DNA of 34,192 bases from Perkinsus chesapeaki ATCC PRA-425 (lineage: Eukaryota > Protista > Perkinsozoa), in NCBI GenBank assembly GCA_013115145.1, contig JAAPAO010000384.1, forward strand, positions 1 through 34,192, read 5' to 3'. The translations under genes were made by a program, and so were the position numbers. The notes beneath the pieces were generated by a model that was given only the letters and a program-made list of their open reading frames with translations, was not told the origin of the DNA and did not search any database. This document shows positions 11,151 to 24,200 of this stretch, piece after piece; the first letter of the stretch is position 1, and the number at the start of each line of letters is the position of its first letter.

Positions 11151-14100
11151 CTATTTATCGAAATCGTTAATTTTGTTCTTAACTCCTCTCTCAATAATAT
11201 CCTGTAAAAATGCCCTCGCGTCAATTCGAACCTCCGCCGCTCTTCCTCCCTTCGGTCTACAAACCATCCCCTTCCCCATCTCATCTAGCATACACCAATG
11301 CTCAGCCAGCGCCCTCTTTGCCTCCGGCCTCGCCAGCAGAGCTTCGTCCACCATCCTACTCAACCGGCCCATATCACAATGCTCTCTATATCTAAGAGTA
11401 TCTTGAGGTCGAGTTGACGCCATCCGTTCCCGCCTGTCACCCCTCCCCAGTAGCCTCTCCTCGACTTCCCTCGCCGACCCATTCGTCCCTTCCAATTTCA
11501 CGGCGCGCTGGAGGAGCTCCTCTTGGCATTCCTCACCTCGGACACTCACGCCCATCTGCAGTGGGCTCAATTTGATCGAGTGCAAGCCTGTCGGATCGAA
11601 GATCTCCTTTTCGTGGCGCGTGACTTTTTCGCTTCGAAAGCCCTCGGCCGGGCCCCTAGGCACAATATCAATGAATCCACAAGATCTCAGCGACGGCTGC
11701 AGCCCGTCAAATCTGGTCAGACCTTCCTGAGAATAAACCTCCTCAAACCGTGGCTCCTCCACACCCCAGCTCTCCTCCTCAGGAACTTCGCCACCGTCTG
11801 GGAACGTCCCAAACCACACCGGAGCCTCTGTGTCAGCAAACGTCTTCACGCAAGCATTTTTGAACTCGACCAGTGGGTGAGCCCACCAGTCGACTTGGCT
11901 GTCCATAGGGTCATCTCCAAGCGGTTGGTGATGCACAAACGCGTCGATATCGCAATCGTTCATCCACGGCCGAGGCATCGACGCCAAAGGCGCATAGAGC
12001 CCCAGGAACAGATTCACAGCGTGCTGCTTCTCCTGGTCAGAGACATTATTTGCATAATGCCGATGGAGCGAGATAAGGAGCTCTTTACTAGGTGTTGATG
12101 GTGTCGGCCAATCCGTACCATTTCCCTTCAGTCTCGGCGTTGCCGCCTGGAAACTCTTCGGGTTCAACGAGCCCGTTCCCGGCGGTTGGGCTCCACCAAT
12201 GCCCATGATATTAGCATATTTTTTATGGGCTTCACTTCCAGCATACTGCAGCGCCAACTGGTCCCCCATCTCCTCGTATATCTGCGCTAGCTCCCGCATC
12301 ACCATCAGTGGCTGGGGTCCGCCGGCCTCCATCGCCCCGAGCAACCCCAGCTCCCTCAGCTGCAGCGACAGCACCGCCTGACCGATGTGATACTGGAACA
12401 CATTCGTCCGATCAAGGCAGTCGACACAGCTCGACCTTGTCACACCGCTTTGAAACCTTCTTACTTCGCCTTGGACATCGATATGCAACCAACCTGTTGA
12501 CAACCCCAACCACTCCGCCAGCATCCCCAAATGGTCTACAACTTCGCCAGCTGGGGACAGCGGCGACTTCGACCGTTTCAGTCGGTTTTGTGCAACCAAA
12601 TGCTTGCTGTATGCCTTCAAATCAAACACAACGTATCTTATCTTCACAGCAGTCGGCAGCTCCGAGTTGAGAGCTACTATCATCTTCTGGAAATGTGATC
12701 CCAAAAGATACTCCTGTTCGTTCTCAACGCTCGTTATGGAGTTCGGTCGGCCTGACCCCGGTTCTTCCTGACTAGCTGACATCTCCTCCCGATGGTGCCC
12801 CTCAGAATGCCTCATCAAATTCACCACCAGAACCGGTGCGCCGTATCTCCTCAAGAGGCCCGAAAAATGCCTCTTCGACGCCGCAGAGTTCCGGTCCGTC
12901 CGAAGAAACAGTATCGGTGGCCGTGGCTTAACCAGACTGAGTTGGCTTTGGTCTTGGACCCAGAAAACCGGCGCACTCCCGCGCACTTGGACGAAGCTGC
13001 TTACAACTTTCCTCCCTATTTTCCCTGTACTGAGGTCAATCAATATCTGCTCGGTTTCGACTTCGTTCGCCGCATCACCCGCCGCATTAATTCCGCGTTT
13101 TCGATACCGTGTGCCCGCGTACAGACGAGACCGTCGAGCAATGAGAATGATGCTCAAAACTCTCGAGAGCGCGGAAACTTCACGCGCCACGAAATACCCA
13201 TAAATCATCGGCACATACCATTGACGCACCCTCTCATCAATGTGATTCCGAAAACCTTCGCTGTGCGTAAAATTCCACACAAAACGGGACACCAAAGATT
13301 CTTCCCCAGAATCTTCCAGGTTGCTCTGGACCGATTTGGAGATGTCGTAAGTGTGACAGAAATAGAATCCCCGAGACGCCTCCATCCCTTGCAGCAAATC
13401 CAGGAACCTTTTCTCGTCCTTCATTAACTGACGTTGCTGTAAAATCGATCCGTGAGGTTGGTCTTGACTTCTCAACGGTAAAAGTGCAGTCTTTTCAACT
13501 GCCCATACCTGATAGGCTGTCCTACTCTTTGCGTAGTTATAAATCTCAAACTTAGTTTGAACGTAGAACTGACGGTTTTAAAAAGCTCGCTCAAGCAACA
13601 CTATTTCCTAGTCATTAATACGACATATTATTAATGCGACTTAGGGCTCATGGAAATTGAGCCATTTAATTATATGGATGATTTCAATTCGTGCATTGCA
13701 GGATTTTCTATTATAGGATTTCTTACCCTCGTTGAATATCTATTATTATTGAAGTTACGTACTCGCTGATATACATATCGCTGCGCTATATACATAATTC
13801 AGAGAGGTTAACGGAGAGAGCGGTATGACAACTTACCCTGTGACAACCACGTCCACCAATCCATCCGACTGGTCGTGCTTCAGTTACTATAAGAAGATAG
13901 AATCCTTGGAGCAGCTGGATGAGACCAATAACAGCCTAAAGGAATCTGAGGTTGAAGCATGCAAGATACACAATAGGTTACATGAATGTTAGAAGCTAAT
14001 CTTTTATCCGTTGAATTGCTGATATCCTGTTGAGTTGAATATATAAGCGGTCTCGAATTAACATGTCCCGGTTGTCTAGTGAAACACAGATACTCTTGCT

Positions 14101-14982
14101 CCATCTCGGGCCGCCTGAACATGCAAAATTGCCCCGATTCGACATACAACTGAATTTTCCCAGGATCCCATAATTTCCACAAAATCGTCATTAACTATTT
14201 CGAAATGAAATATCAAGCGCGCATCTGAGAAGCTGAAAAGATACTTCCTATGGCGCGGTATGTTACAAATCTTCACAGCCGAGGCTGATGATGATGAGCA
14301 GCGTTCAAGTACGGTATGACCTCCGGCCCGCAGTAGTTTCCAGATAGTACCACAACACCATTTATTTACCTATATATTTACGACACATATGTTACCGACG
14401 ACAAATTATAACTGGTATTATCATATGACAATTCAATACGATATCGCTCAACAGCTGACGGACGGATACACAAAATATTATTAAAGTGAAATGAGTTGAC
14501 TAACGAATTCGGACTGCCGCACAGAGGTGTTCAATATCCCGCTCGCCCTAGCTCTCTAACTGTTCGTGATCGATTGTGACAATATACATAAAATTGTTGC
14601 CATGCTGAGGAATCATCATCCTAGACGTTCTTAGTCGATGAAATCATAAATATATAACGTTTTTCGTTCTGGACTATCAAAATCGAATACACTATATACA
14701 CCCCGCTCTTTCCGCAATTCATGGAAAAGAACGGTATAAACCTTTTATAGCTCCAAACTGCCCACACAAACAGAAACAACGCTTGTTGGCGAAAAACGAA
14801 GTCGAAACAAAATTCATTTTCTTTGCAAACGTCGAGTCTACCAATTCGGAATTCTCCACTTATTACCTTCTACTCCCTTTGACATAAACGACTTCATTAG
14901 ATTGAAACACATCAATATTGTCAAAATCACAAAAACCAGCTTCTCCTCGCAATGGCCTCAACGGATGAGATGTCCTTCTCAT
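11151..14982 (-). CDS. FIG4: FIG4/SAC3-type phosphoinositide phosphatase
   Basis: SAC motifs RRSRLYAGTRYRKRG, NEVETEQI, SSFVQVRGSAPVFW, catalytic CVDCLDRTN and FIG4-like DQEKQHAVNLFLG. The upstream exon AVIGLIQLLQGFYLLIVTEARPVGWIGGRGCHR splices into VWAVEKTALLP (last exon 13508-11151). The start at 14982 (MRRTSHPLR...FDNIDVFQSNEVVYVKGSR) is probable, and intermediate N-terminal exons are not fully resolved. Confidence 0.88.
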
Positions 14983-15078
14983 ACCATTATTATTAAACCA
15001 AATCACTTTACCACCATCACAGAACTTCAAACGCAAGAGGCTTCCAAAGAAAACAGAAACTCACGTCCATGTTGCTGT

Positions 15079-17831
15079 CTAATACGGCCGAGGGCCCTTA
15101 CGGTTGCCGTACTTTGGTTTAATGGATGGCTTACCGACCACTTGATCAGACATTTCCCGCTCAAAATCTTCAACCTCCCACTGCTCGGTTTTGTCGGAGT
15201 CTGGCTTGTTACCTTCAAAGGGGTTACCGACGAAGGGATTAGATTTCCTGAAGGATATCTTAAGTTGGAGCGCGCGGGATACGAAATAGGTCAGATTATT
15301 ACCCAACGCCGTAGAGGTCTCTTAAGGTCGATAATGACGGTATTGATTCCTGAAATTAAGCTGTTTTCCAGCATCTACTCTAACCTTTTACATCATCATC
15401 CAGAAGCTCCTTTAATGACGCTGCCACCTTCGGTTTCTTCATAGGCGTTGAAGAATACTTCGAATCTAAGCTTGACCCGTGCATTTCATGCGCAAACCAA
15501 AGATCACTTTTATTTTCCCGACTACTACAATACATGACATTACTTCAATTTCAACCGATTAGTTGAAATAATATCGCCTCACAATATTATTACTAATATT
15601 AGTAAAGCACAATCCCTTCACTTTACTTAATAATATACCCTATCCTTCCCATATCACCTTGATACGATATAGCCTCCGCCATTCTAGTAGCTCCCTCAAC
15701 AGCATCCTCCCCCAACAGAGCCTCATCATCTTCCTCTTCAAAAAACTCTTCACTGTCCTCCAGCTCTCCAAACTCATCGCCTGACTCCTCCTCCTCCTCA
15801 TTAATAGGATCAAACATCTCGGAAGCCTCCAGCGCAGCTGCGGCCTGCCTTCTTTGCATTCGCCGAGAATAGTTCAAATTATCGTCGAGCGTTCGATATT
15901 TCGACGTCGGCAATTTCCCTATCAGCGATGCCCGCTCGTTTTCCACCTGAGGAAAATTCCCGGAAAATTCCGGAAAATTTCCGAAATTTCTCCTACCTCG
16001 AGTCTTCTGGCAGTTCTCATCAATGCTGGTATCTCATCACTCCGCCCTTCCTCTTCATATTTCTGACGAAGCTTGCCGAAGCGGAAACTTCGAACCCGCG
16101 ACAGAATCCTTCTAAGATGCAATTCCTGAAAACGATTTGCAATCTCGGAGTAATAAAAATACTTCAATCACACTGCAATTTTTAGCGCTCGAATAGGTTA
16201 CCCGAACTCGCTCAATAAGAACATGGAAATGCGTTCGTTTGTTGGGCTGATATTTCATTTCTAATAATGAAAGAATTGGGATCAAGTATGGTTAAAGTTG
16301 AATAATTACGGCTATTATCGAGTGCCCAATAATAATGAACATATTGCTAACTACCAACATAGAGATGAAGTAGTTCAAGCATATACATAGTTCAAATGCA
16401 ATACCCCAGCTCTCCCCGTCATGTCAGCGGCTAGTTCACTACCACAGGCAATACAGGTTCTATTGCATTACGAGCACCGTGATTGATATAGACCATAAAG
16501 AAGTTGCTTAAGATGGCCAGGGAGGAAATATTTCACTATCATAAAATACATCCCCCCACTGTTATAATAAACAAGCATGCATTCCTCCTCCTAACCCACC
16601 CTTAATTCGGCCTCCCTTTGCCTAGCATAACCCAGTCCATTGGGATAGAGAGGATTCGGCCGTCTGTTGCTGCCGAAAGCTGGTTGAACTGCTGAGTTCC
16701 AAGTCATTGCCATTTCAATCTGGAGAGCGTGGTGATGTTGAGCTGAGATGGATCTTACCTTTTGCTGCTCTTCAAGTTTCCTTCGGCGTTCTCGAAATTC
16801 ATCTTCAGCCCTGGACGAAAGGATATCATCACATAAACAGCAAGTTGCTCAATTGCACACAAAATATATATCATAATTTCTAGATTCTTCCGAAGTAAAT
16901 ATCACGCCACTGTGAAGCTCCCTATTACTGTTTAAATGCCTTTATTCGATCCATACCGCTGTTCATCAACTGCAACTGACGAGCGACAAATTGCATAACT
17001 GGATGGTCGTCCCTGAGAATAAGGTAAGTCAAGGTGATAAAAGAGACTAAGAAGTGTAGTGTCGCATTCTTATATGATAATAACAACATATTTATATAAT
17101 ATATATAGTCATGAAATAGAAATATTTAGAAATATCTTGTATATACAAGATATTTCTGGCCCAGAAAGGATTAGGTAATCTGCATCTAATGGTAATGCGA
17201 AGATATGCAGCGTAGAGGTTCTCGACTGAGACTAAGATGGATGAGCCTTCTCGATCAACTCGATCATCAAGAGCTACTATACGTCATCACGCTAACATTA
17301 TTTCCCGTCAACAGCCAAGCCTGAATTTGCCATCGACCATTTTATTACATTAACACTTTTTCTTAACTGTTTAAATCCATTTTCTTAAACTCCTTGTAGC
17401 CTTCCACAAATACACTTTGAATTCACTGTTTCCCTTATTCACCTGTAAGTGTCATTCCCTCTGGACCATTGGTTCCCTTCGACAAAGCAATCCTGGAATC
17501 TCAAGTCGGGATATTTTCGAAGTAAAAATTTAACCAGTTTCGGGTAGGGGTTCTTAACTCGTCGGGTCTGAAAGGGAATCTTTGGAATTATGAAGAGCAC
17601 GCTTAACCTACTTGAAAATTAATATTAAGATTCTCCATCGGTGGCACTCGTTCAGCACTTTGCATCCATGCAGGACGTCGAGTTAACCTAAAGATACTCC
17701 GAGTGGTATCTTGAGGTTAAGCGGGTAAGATACATTCCAGCTTCAGAAAGCCGCCGTATTCGTCCCACAATATCAAGCTTGTAGCCTCTATAGAAGTTTG
17801 TACCGTATGGATGGATATGCCCATAAGTCAT
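15079..17831 (-). CDS. MRPS23: Mitochondrial ribosomal protein mS23-like with a long acidic C-terminal extension (multi-exon)
   Basis: Spliced: MTYGHIHPYGTNFYRGYKLDIVGRIRRLSEAGMLTRRPAWMQSAERVPPME...LRKYPDLRF...DDHPVMQFVARQLQLMNSGMDRIKAFKQAEDEFRERRRKLEEQQK. The (K/R)P.W....PP and F..RQL.L...G...A...A..EF motifs are typical of mS23/Rsm25. Downstream exons give an E/D-rich tail, probably ending ...GPRPY* at 15079. Confidence 0.72.
17128..17157. repeat. Perfect 30-bp palindrome without a spacer, in an mS23 intron
   Basis: AGAAATATCTTGTAT|ATACAAGATATTTCT is exactly self-complementary. Confidence 0.95.
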
Positions 17832-17881
17832 ATTATAATATGAACAGTAAGATAATACATTTATACTTCTGTTGTAGACGT

Positions 17882-17949
17882 CATCGACTAGGGTTCGAAC
17901 CTGGGTGCTTGGATTATTATAATATGGTCAGGTGCTCTACCGTGCGACC
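17882..17949 (-). pseudogene. Degenerate tRNA-like relic in the divergent intergenic region
   Basis: Minus strand GGTCGCACGGTAGAGCACCTGACC...CCCAGGTTCGAACCCTAG: a D-arm end (GGTAGAGC) and a B box (GGTTCGAACCC) are present, but the acceptor and anticodon arms do not pair. Confidence 0.5.
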
Positions 17950-18289
17950 AAATATACTAGTTCGCGCGACAGCCATTGTAATCGATGAGCAAGTTCTGCG
18001 TAAACAACACAAGTCGGAGGAAGTTTGTTTGGCCGTTCAATAGAGCATTCCAGAAACTTAAAATAAATGCTAGGACTGGACTTTGGACTTAAAGATAAAT
18101 TATAGAGTCGATTGGGTGGGTTGTTCTTGTAGGTTTGGTGAACGGTTAGCTTATACGATACAGAGCGAAAAGAATATGTGCTTCCGTATTGACATTGATG
18201 ACGTCGTTCAACCTACTTTAGTATCTTCCCGTTTAACCTAAAGATACCCTTCAGTTGGTGTTGTGCGTGTTCTTGTTCTTCTCGTGCCT

Positions 18290-21200
18290 ATGGACGCTGC
18301 ATCTCTGGCCCAGTTCGAGACTCTATGCAATCAGTTCTATAACCCACCCAACGAGCAAGCCCAACGTCAGGCTCATGAAGTCCTTACACCTCTATTAAAT
18401 GGCATTGACTCTGTCCCACAGCTGCAGTAAGTCTAGTTACCTCCCCGGCCTTCAGAATGAAGAAAGACCGGCGGATGTTTTGTGTTTAGAATTGCTTCAT
18501 ATATTTTAGTTGACATACATATTCATTCTGTATACCAGCCTTCTTGTTACGCTACCAGTCATTTGTTAGCAAACTAATACTGTGCGAAATTTCACTGTGA
18601 ATATCGTCTTATCTTCCTTGAAATAGGGAAGCTCCTTCCCCATAAGGGCAATACTGGCTTTGGAATCGCTCCAGGGGACTTCCTCGACATGAACCTATTT
18701 CGACCCTAGGCATTTTGCTGGGTGCCAAGTTGAATGCATTATTATACCGTTTTGTAGTTCACTCGATAATTGCTCTTAAGAAGACTGGTCCAAAGTTACA
18801 GCTCAACAGTTCTATTTTTGCAGGTATGTTTTGGCGAACTCATCAAATCAACAAGCACTTGTCTTTGCCTCAACTGCATTGACGAAAATAGCCACTGCTA
18901 ACTGGACTGCTGTAACAGAAAGTCAAAGGGAGGATATGAAGGTAAAGAACGAACGCCGGCAAGGGAAAGCATTCTGATAAGTTGTGATGTATTAATATGT
19001 GATTAAGTTGGTAGACATTCACCCACATCTCCGCATAGTATGTGAATCTGTAGTTGAAGTCATGGGCCCAATTCTGTCAGCATTCAGACTTTTCTTATAT
19101 AACTAACAGTATATTAAAAACTAATATAACTTGTTAACTAATATTATAATTTCATATCACTATCCTTTACATGCCTATCGGACTTAATTTTACTACTATG
19201 ATGGAACAATCATTTATCGAATTTCTGTACACGTATCTGGCACGGATAAATGAGCGAGTACGAATAGTTCATCGCATTGGAACTTCCTTGTTGGAGTGTT
19301 TGGCGTCATTGTGTCCCTTTCAGAACTTCATGCTTAATTATCTATTCCAAAACTGTGAAGCCCTACAAAACAGTGCGCCGTAAGTCATACCGACTTTTCC
19401 ACGAATTATCATCTGAACTCCTCCTCAGTTACGCCGTATCCTTCCTAGTTCGCTTTCTCTGTCGTATTGTCAAACTTAGTTGGCTGGAAGGCCCGCAGCA
19501 TCAGACAATCGTCAGCGATGTAAGGAAAGTTGAGGAAAAGTCGGTATGAACTCTCGTGGACAGGTTCAGAAGTTCCTGTCAGCTTCAACCAGGCATTGGA
19601 TACTTGGTTTGGATATTTATGTCCAGTTGACAGCCGATATGCAGCCGACCGTCGGGCCCGGGATGTCCAGGTTTAGACGTAATAGTTTGGGGGAGGGCAT
19701 GATATACTTCAAAGGGACTCATACAGTAACACGGAAATGTAGGTTGGAAATATGTTACTAGTGATACGGAGGAGGAGATATAATAGAAAGGAGTTTGATA
19801 GGGAATATGTTACTAGTGATACGGAGAAGGAGATATAATAGGAAGGAGTTTGATAGAAGATATGATCATTGACATTTTGCATGTTTCCGCGAGATTCCTA
19901 CCCTCTTTCGGGGATGCTCTATTTTCTTGAAGAGCTCAAGTATGGCTAATTCTCACATAAATCTTAATGGGAACCTCTCGTTAAAATCGTTCATACTTTT
20001 AAACTCGGTTGAAGCACATTTGCGTTGTCTTTCACAGCCCGGAAAATGTAATTTCCCGCTATAAGTGTTGTGTATAAGCTTCTGGGCTCAGGAACGGCAC
20101 TTTCGTTCCGGGACATCGCCTTGCCTCAAATCTTCACCACCGCGGTTGATATATTGACGCAAATGTATGAAGGTAAACTGAACATCAGCGACAAAATGGA
20201 GGAATTCAAGTTGGTCAAAAAAGTATTATCTGTACTGCTGGGGTTCTTGAGATTCATGAGGTTTATTTTTAGGTATTGCAGCTTGCATACAACTGCCTTA
20301 GCTTTGATTTTATGGGTAATAATAACCGGAAAAGTTTGGCGAAAAAATTCTCGGAAAAGGGGAAATTTTTGGGGAAAAAAGCAAAGAAATGGAGGAATTA
20401 TTACGAAGTGTATCTTAATATATTCCAAATCCCTCATATTATTCATTTACTGTCCTGCAGTTTTCCAGCTTGTTTGTTTTCCTTCTTTAGGAACTATTCC
20501 AGATGAGACTTCAGAGGATCAAACGACTGTTATGGTCCCTCACAACTGGACTGTGTTGAAGGATAATGTCATACCAAAACTGTAGCGAGAATGGCATAAA
20601 TCGATCACTTGATCGATTATGTTCTTAACAGGTTCTTCCAGTTGTATGACAGCAGCTGCAAAAATGGCTGGAAAGATTGTGCTATGTAATAAATACTTGG
20701 GAGCTAATTTTGTGGCGCGCGACGTTAACGCATATGTAATCTCAAATTTTTCCCGTATTATTACGTCTCGTAGTACTTAAAATTCAGAATTTCCGCTTGA
20801 ACTAAAATCGGTATTGAAGATTTACTAGACGCGGCAAATATTATTAAAATGTATTTCACATCAGTTGGAGTACTGTATTTTTTGATCTTTATCCACTTTA
20901 TTGAATTTTGTGGCGCGTGAAAGTTTTATTATTGCCTCGTATCAGATACTGTTTGCAATGCCTAGTACTGCTGAGCTCCTTGAGGAGGTCATTCTTTCAA
21001 GATGAAAAGGAAAGTACTCAAATCGATCAACAGGGCGCGCGCTTTTTGCAACTATCATAATGCTTAGAAACTGCGTTACTGGAAAGTATGATGGAGGGCA
21101 CTGCTCATTTGATATCTAATAAAGTTGGATTATCGGACCCGCAATGTTTGCATGAAACTTGCAGATTGATAGGGAGAATTAATACTAGTAGTCAATTTAG

Positions 21201-24200
21201 GGAGCTAAAACAGGTAGAAGCGGGAGAGGTTAAGTTGACCTAAAGATACGTTTTAGGTTCCGAGCTTTGAGATGTGGTTGGAGCAAGTTTATGGATTCAC
21301 GATTGATGCTATAAAAAATTGGCAGGTAATAATTTCGGAAAATTTTGGGAAATTTTGAAAAGTTCCCACATTTTCCCCAATCGTCCGTTCGGGAGGGATA
21401 TCTAACAGGAATTATAAAAAAAGCTGTCGCGCGAAATACTTGGTAAGTTAACAGTTAACTTGTTGGCAATAATTCTTATTATATATTGATATATTCTATT
21501 TAATAAGGTATAAGAGAAGTAGGCTATTTTGACTGTATTCTGGTAAATATCTATAATAAGCATTGTATGGTAAGGGTATATCATCTCACACGGTATAAGA
21601 AATTATGTTGTCGAATATTATATAACGAAAAATAATTACATATAGAATATATAAATATACATGTAGATATATTTTTATATACTATAAAAAGTATATAAAA
21701 GAGTATAAAGAGTAAAAGAGTAAAAGAGTGTAAAAGTATAAAGAGTATATAATACTATAGTACTTGTAATAGTATAGTACTTTCATATAATATTTTATAT
21801 TACATTTGTATAATAGGAGATGTAATTTTTTTGTCGTTGATTTTAGGTTCTCCCGAATAGTAAGCATTATCTGCTGCAGTTTTGGGCGCAGTTGGTTAAT
21901 CCTATTATTAATGATAAAGATAGGACACCTGGATTTCATAGTAAATTGGAGGATTATATATACACTATAACAGTGAGGTGATATAGAGGGGAAGATTTGA
22001 AGGAAATGTGGTAGAATAAGTATCACTGGGAGAAGCCTCTACCTTTGCGGGAGTGCGAGGTACTCTTGAATTCGAGGGTTACCTGAATGCACAGGAAACC
22101 TATGGAGAATGAGGGGGTTCGTGTGACGCTTTTCATTTTAATAAAAGATATGAAAATCAATATAGATGTGAATTTTATAATAATTAATGTATATTAACTT
22201 AGAAGTCATTAGAATGTTGGACAGTGATATCTTTCGAGATACTTCCAAGTAGACTTTGCTCACACGCGTGCCAGATAAAGCTAATTATATTTCGGTGCTG
22301 TTGTTATCAGTTATATCGATTCAAGACTGTTCCTAGCTGATATGGCGGCGCGTGGAGATGATTCTATGGATGACGAGGGGTTCGAAGATGCACTTCAAGA
22401 TGAGGTTTTGAGTACTATTATGGGAGGAGTATTTTCGAGAATTTCTGAGCTCTGTGGGATGCTTGGGGATTATCTTGAATTTATTAGTATTTCATCACCT
22501 CACTTTTATTTTATTTAGCGTGTAGATTGAAACGGAATTGAAACTCTATAGGAATCTCGTCGGTTGTTGAAGTTCTTTTCTCTTCCTGTTTTAGGAGGAG
22601 AGCAACTGGAAGTCATTGCGCAGTTGGCAAGACTTAACTATCAAAAGACAGCTCAACATGTAGTACTTTGGGGACGACGGTTGCAGATGGGCTTTAATGA
22701 ATGGTAGTCTGGAATCAATTTGATATTTGATAATGTTGGAAAGTTGCAATGGTTGGCTTTTGGATATGATCTCACGAATACATTGATGTTGGTGTAGTCG
22801 GTTGAGAATATGAGTTGATGTTGATCACCTATATAATCAATGATTTCATGCTCAATAACCATTCAACCGGGCCACGTATATGATGTCTAATTACAGGGTG
22901 TCCCGGAAAAAATGTGCTTTTTTTGAATAACTTACTCAGGAGGGCGAATATTTCGATAACACGTGCGACGTTCGAAAGCCCTCAAGAGGGACTTTCTAAC
23001 GGCATACGGCCCATGATGATCTCATCAGGGTGGTATGGGACAACTTTTACAAGGCGAAATCTGACCTCTTCCATTGAAACCGATTTTTTTGAATTTTAAA
23101 ATTTAATTTTCTCGCCATCCCAATCGAATATCATCATGGGCCATATGCCGCTAGAGAGTCACTCTCGAGGGCTTTGGAACGTCGCATGTGTCGTCGAAAT
23201 ATTCGCCCTCCTGAGAAAGTTGTTCAAAAAAACACATTTTTTGGGACACCCTGTATATAACATGAGTGTAATAGGAAATATGAGCATTGGTTATACCTAC
23301 TACAACGACTCAGTGCCAGTGAAATCGGTCGTAGTGGGAATTGATATTTTCTAATCACTGGCTGGAACGCTCTACAGGAAATGTGATGCTTAGACTTTTC
23401 TTCCAGTTTCTTCGCCTGTTCAAATAGTATTGGTATTTACCAGTGATATATTTTTGCAGCTAGCCGCTCTGAGATGGGGTTCATTTTTAGGTCTTGGAGT
23501 TGTTTGCTGGCTGCACTTCTGAGGCGAATATAAATGAGCATAAGCTTGCGTGGTTGGTATATATAATGGGAGCTCTAGTCGGAGGCAATACAGGAAGTAT
23601 CTTAGCTTCAACATTGCAAGATACATAATACCTTATCATTTAGATTCAAGTAGTATGCGAGCTCAACAGCAACAGCAATCCGGCGGCTCCCAACCACTAC
23701 ATGTAGTAACAAAAGTTAACCTTTCGGTATCTCTTTCGCGTTTAAGATGTTTTTCCGGAATTTTTTCCCCAGGTTATAAACGGCGAAATTGCTGGGAGAG
23801 TATTTGCGTTGATGAGCCAAACTGATGCGAACACATCGCTCCCACCAGAGTCCAAGGAGCCGTCGAATTTGGAGACCTTGGAGCTTTCGTAAATCTTCCG
23901 GGTGCGAAAGATATTTTCGAGGTTACCTTAGGTATCTTTATTTTATGGAACAATTTAGGAAGGTGTATATTGGAGAGCATGCAAGACAGCTGTCGGCCAG
24001 TAACAATTTTGGGGCGCAGTGACTTTTGAAAGGCAGAGTTCGATTGCATTTGAAAGCTGATGCCTTGGAATCCAGCTGCGCAATCGAAAGTTAAATTTCA
24101 TAAGAAAGAGCGTGAAAGACTTTCCTGTGAGGATCTTAAGCCATCCTACTACGGCCGTTTGTGGTCGTTCGTTGAGGAGCGACTTGGTGGATTACTTTAT

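Noticed and set aside
14982-15131. Possible mS23-FIG4 fusion through in-frame splicing (DSNMD/FCDGGK)
   Set aside because: The unspliced reading gives a plausible mS23 stop at 15079 and FIG4 has its own ATG. A fusion is not needed, though cDNA would be decisive.
16089-16102. 14-mer GTCGCGGGTTCGAA (minus) identical to the tRNA relic at 28560
   Set aside because: It lies in coding sequence (LSRVRS) with no flanking tRNA structure, so it is treated as coincidence.
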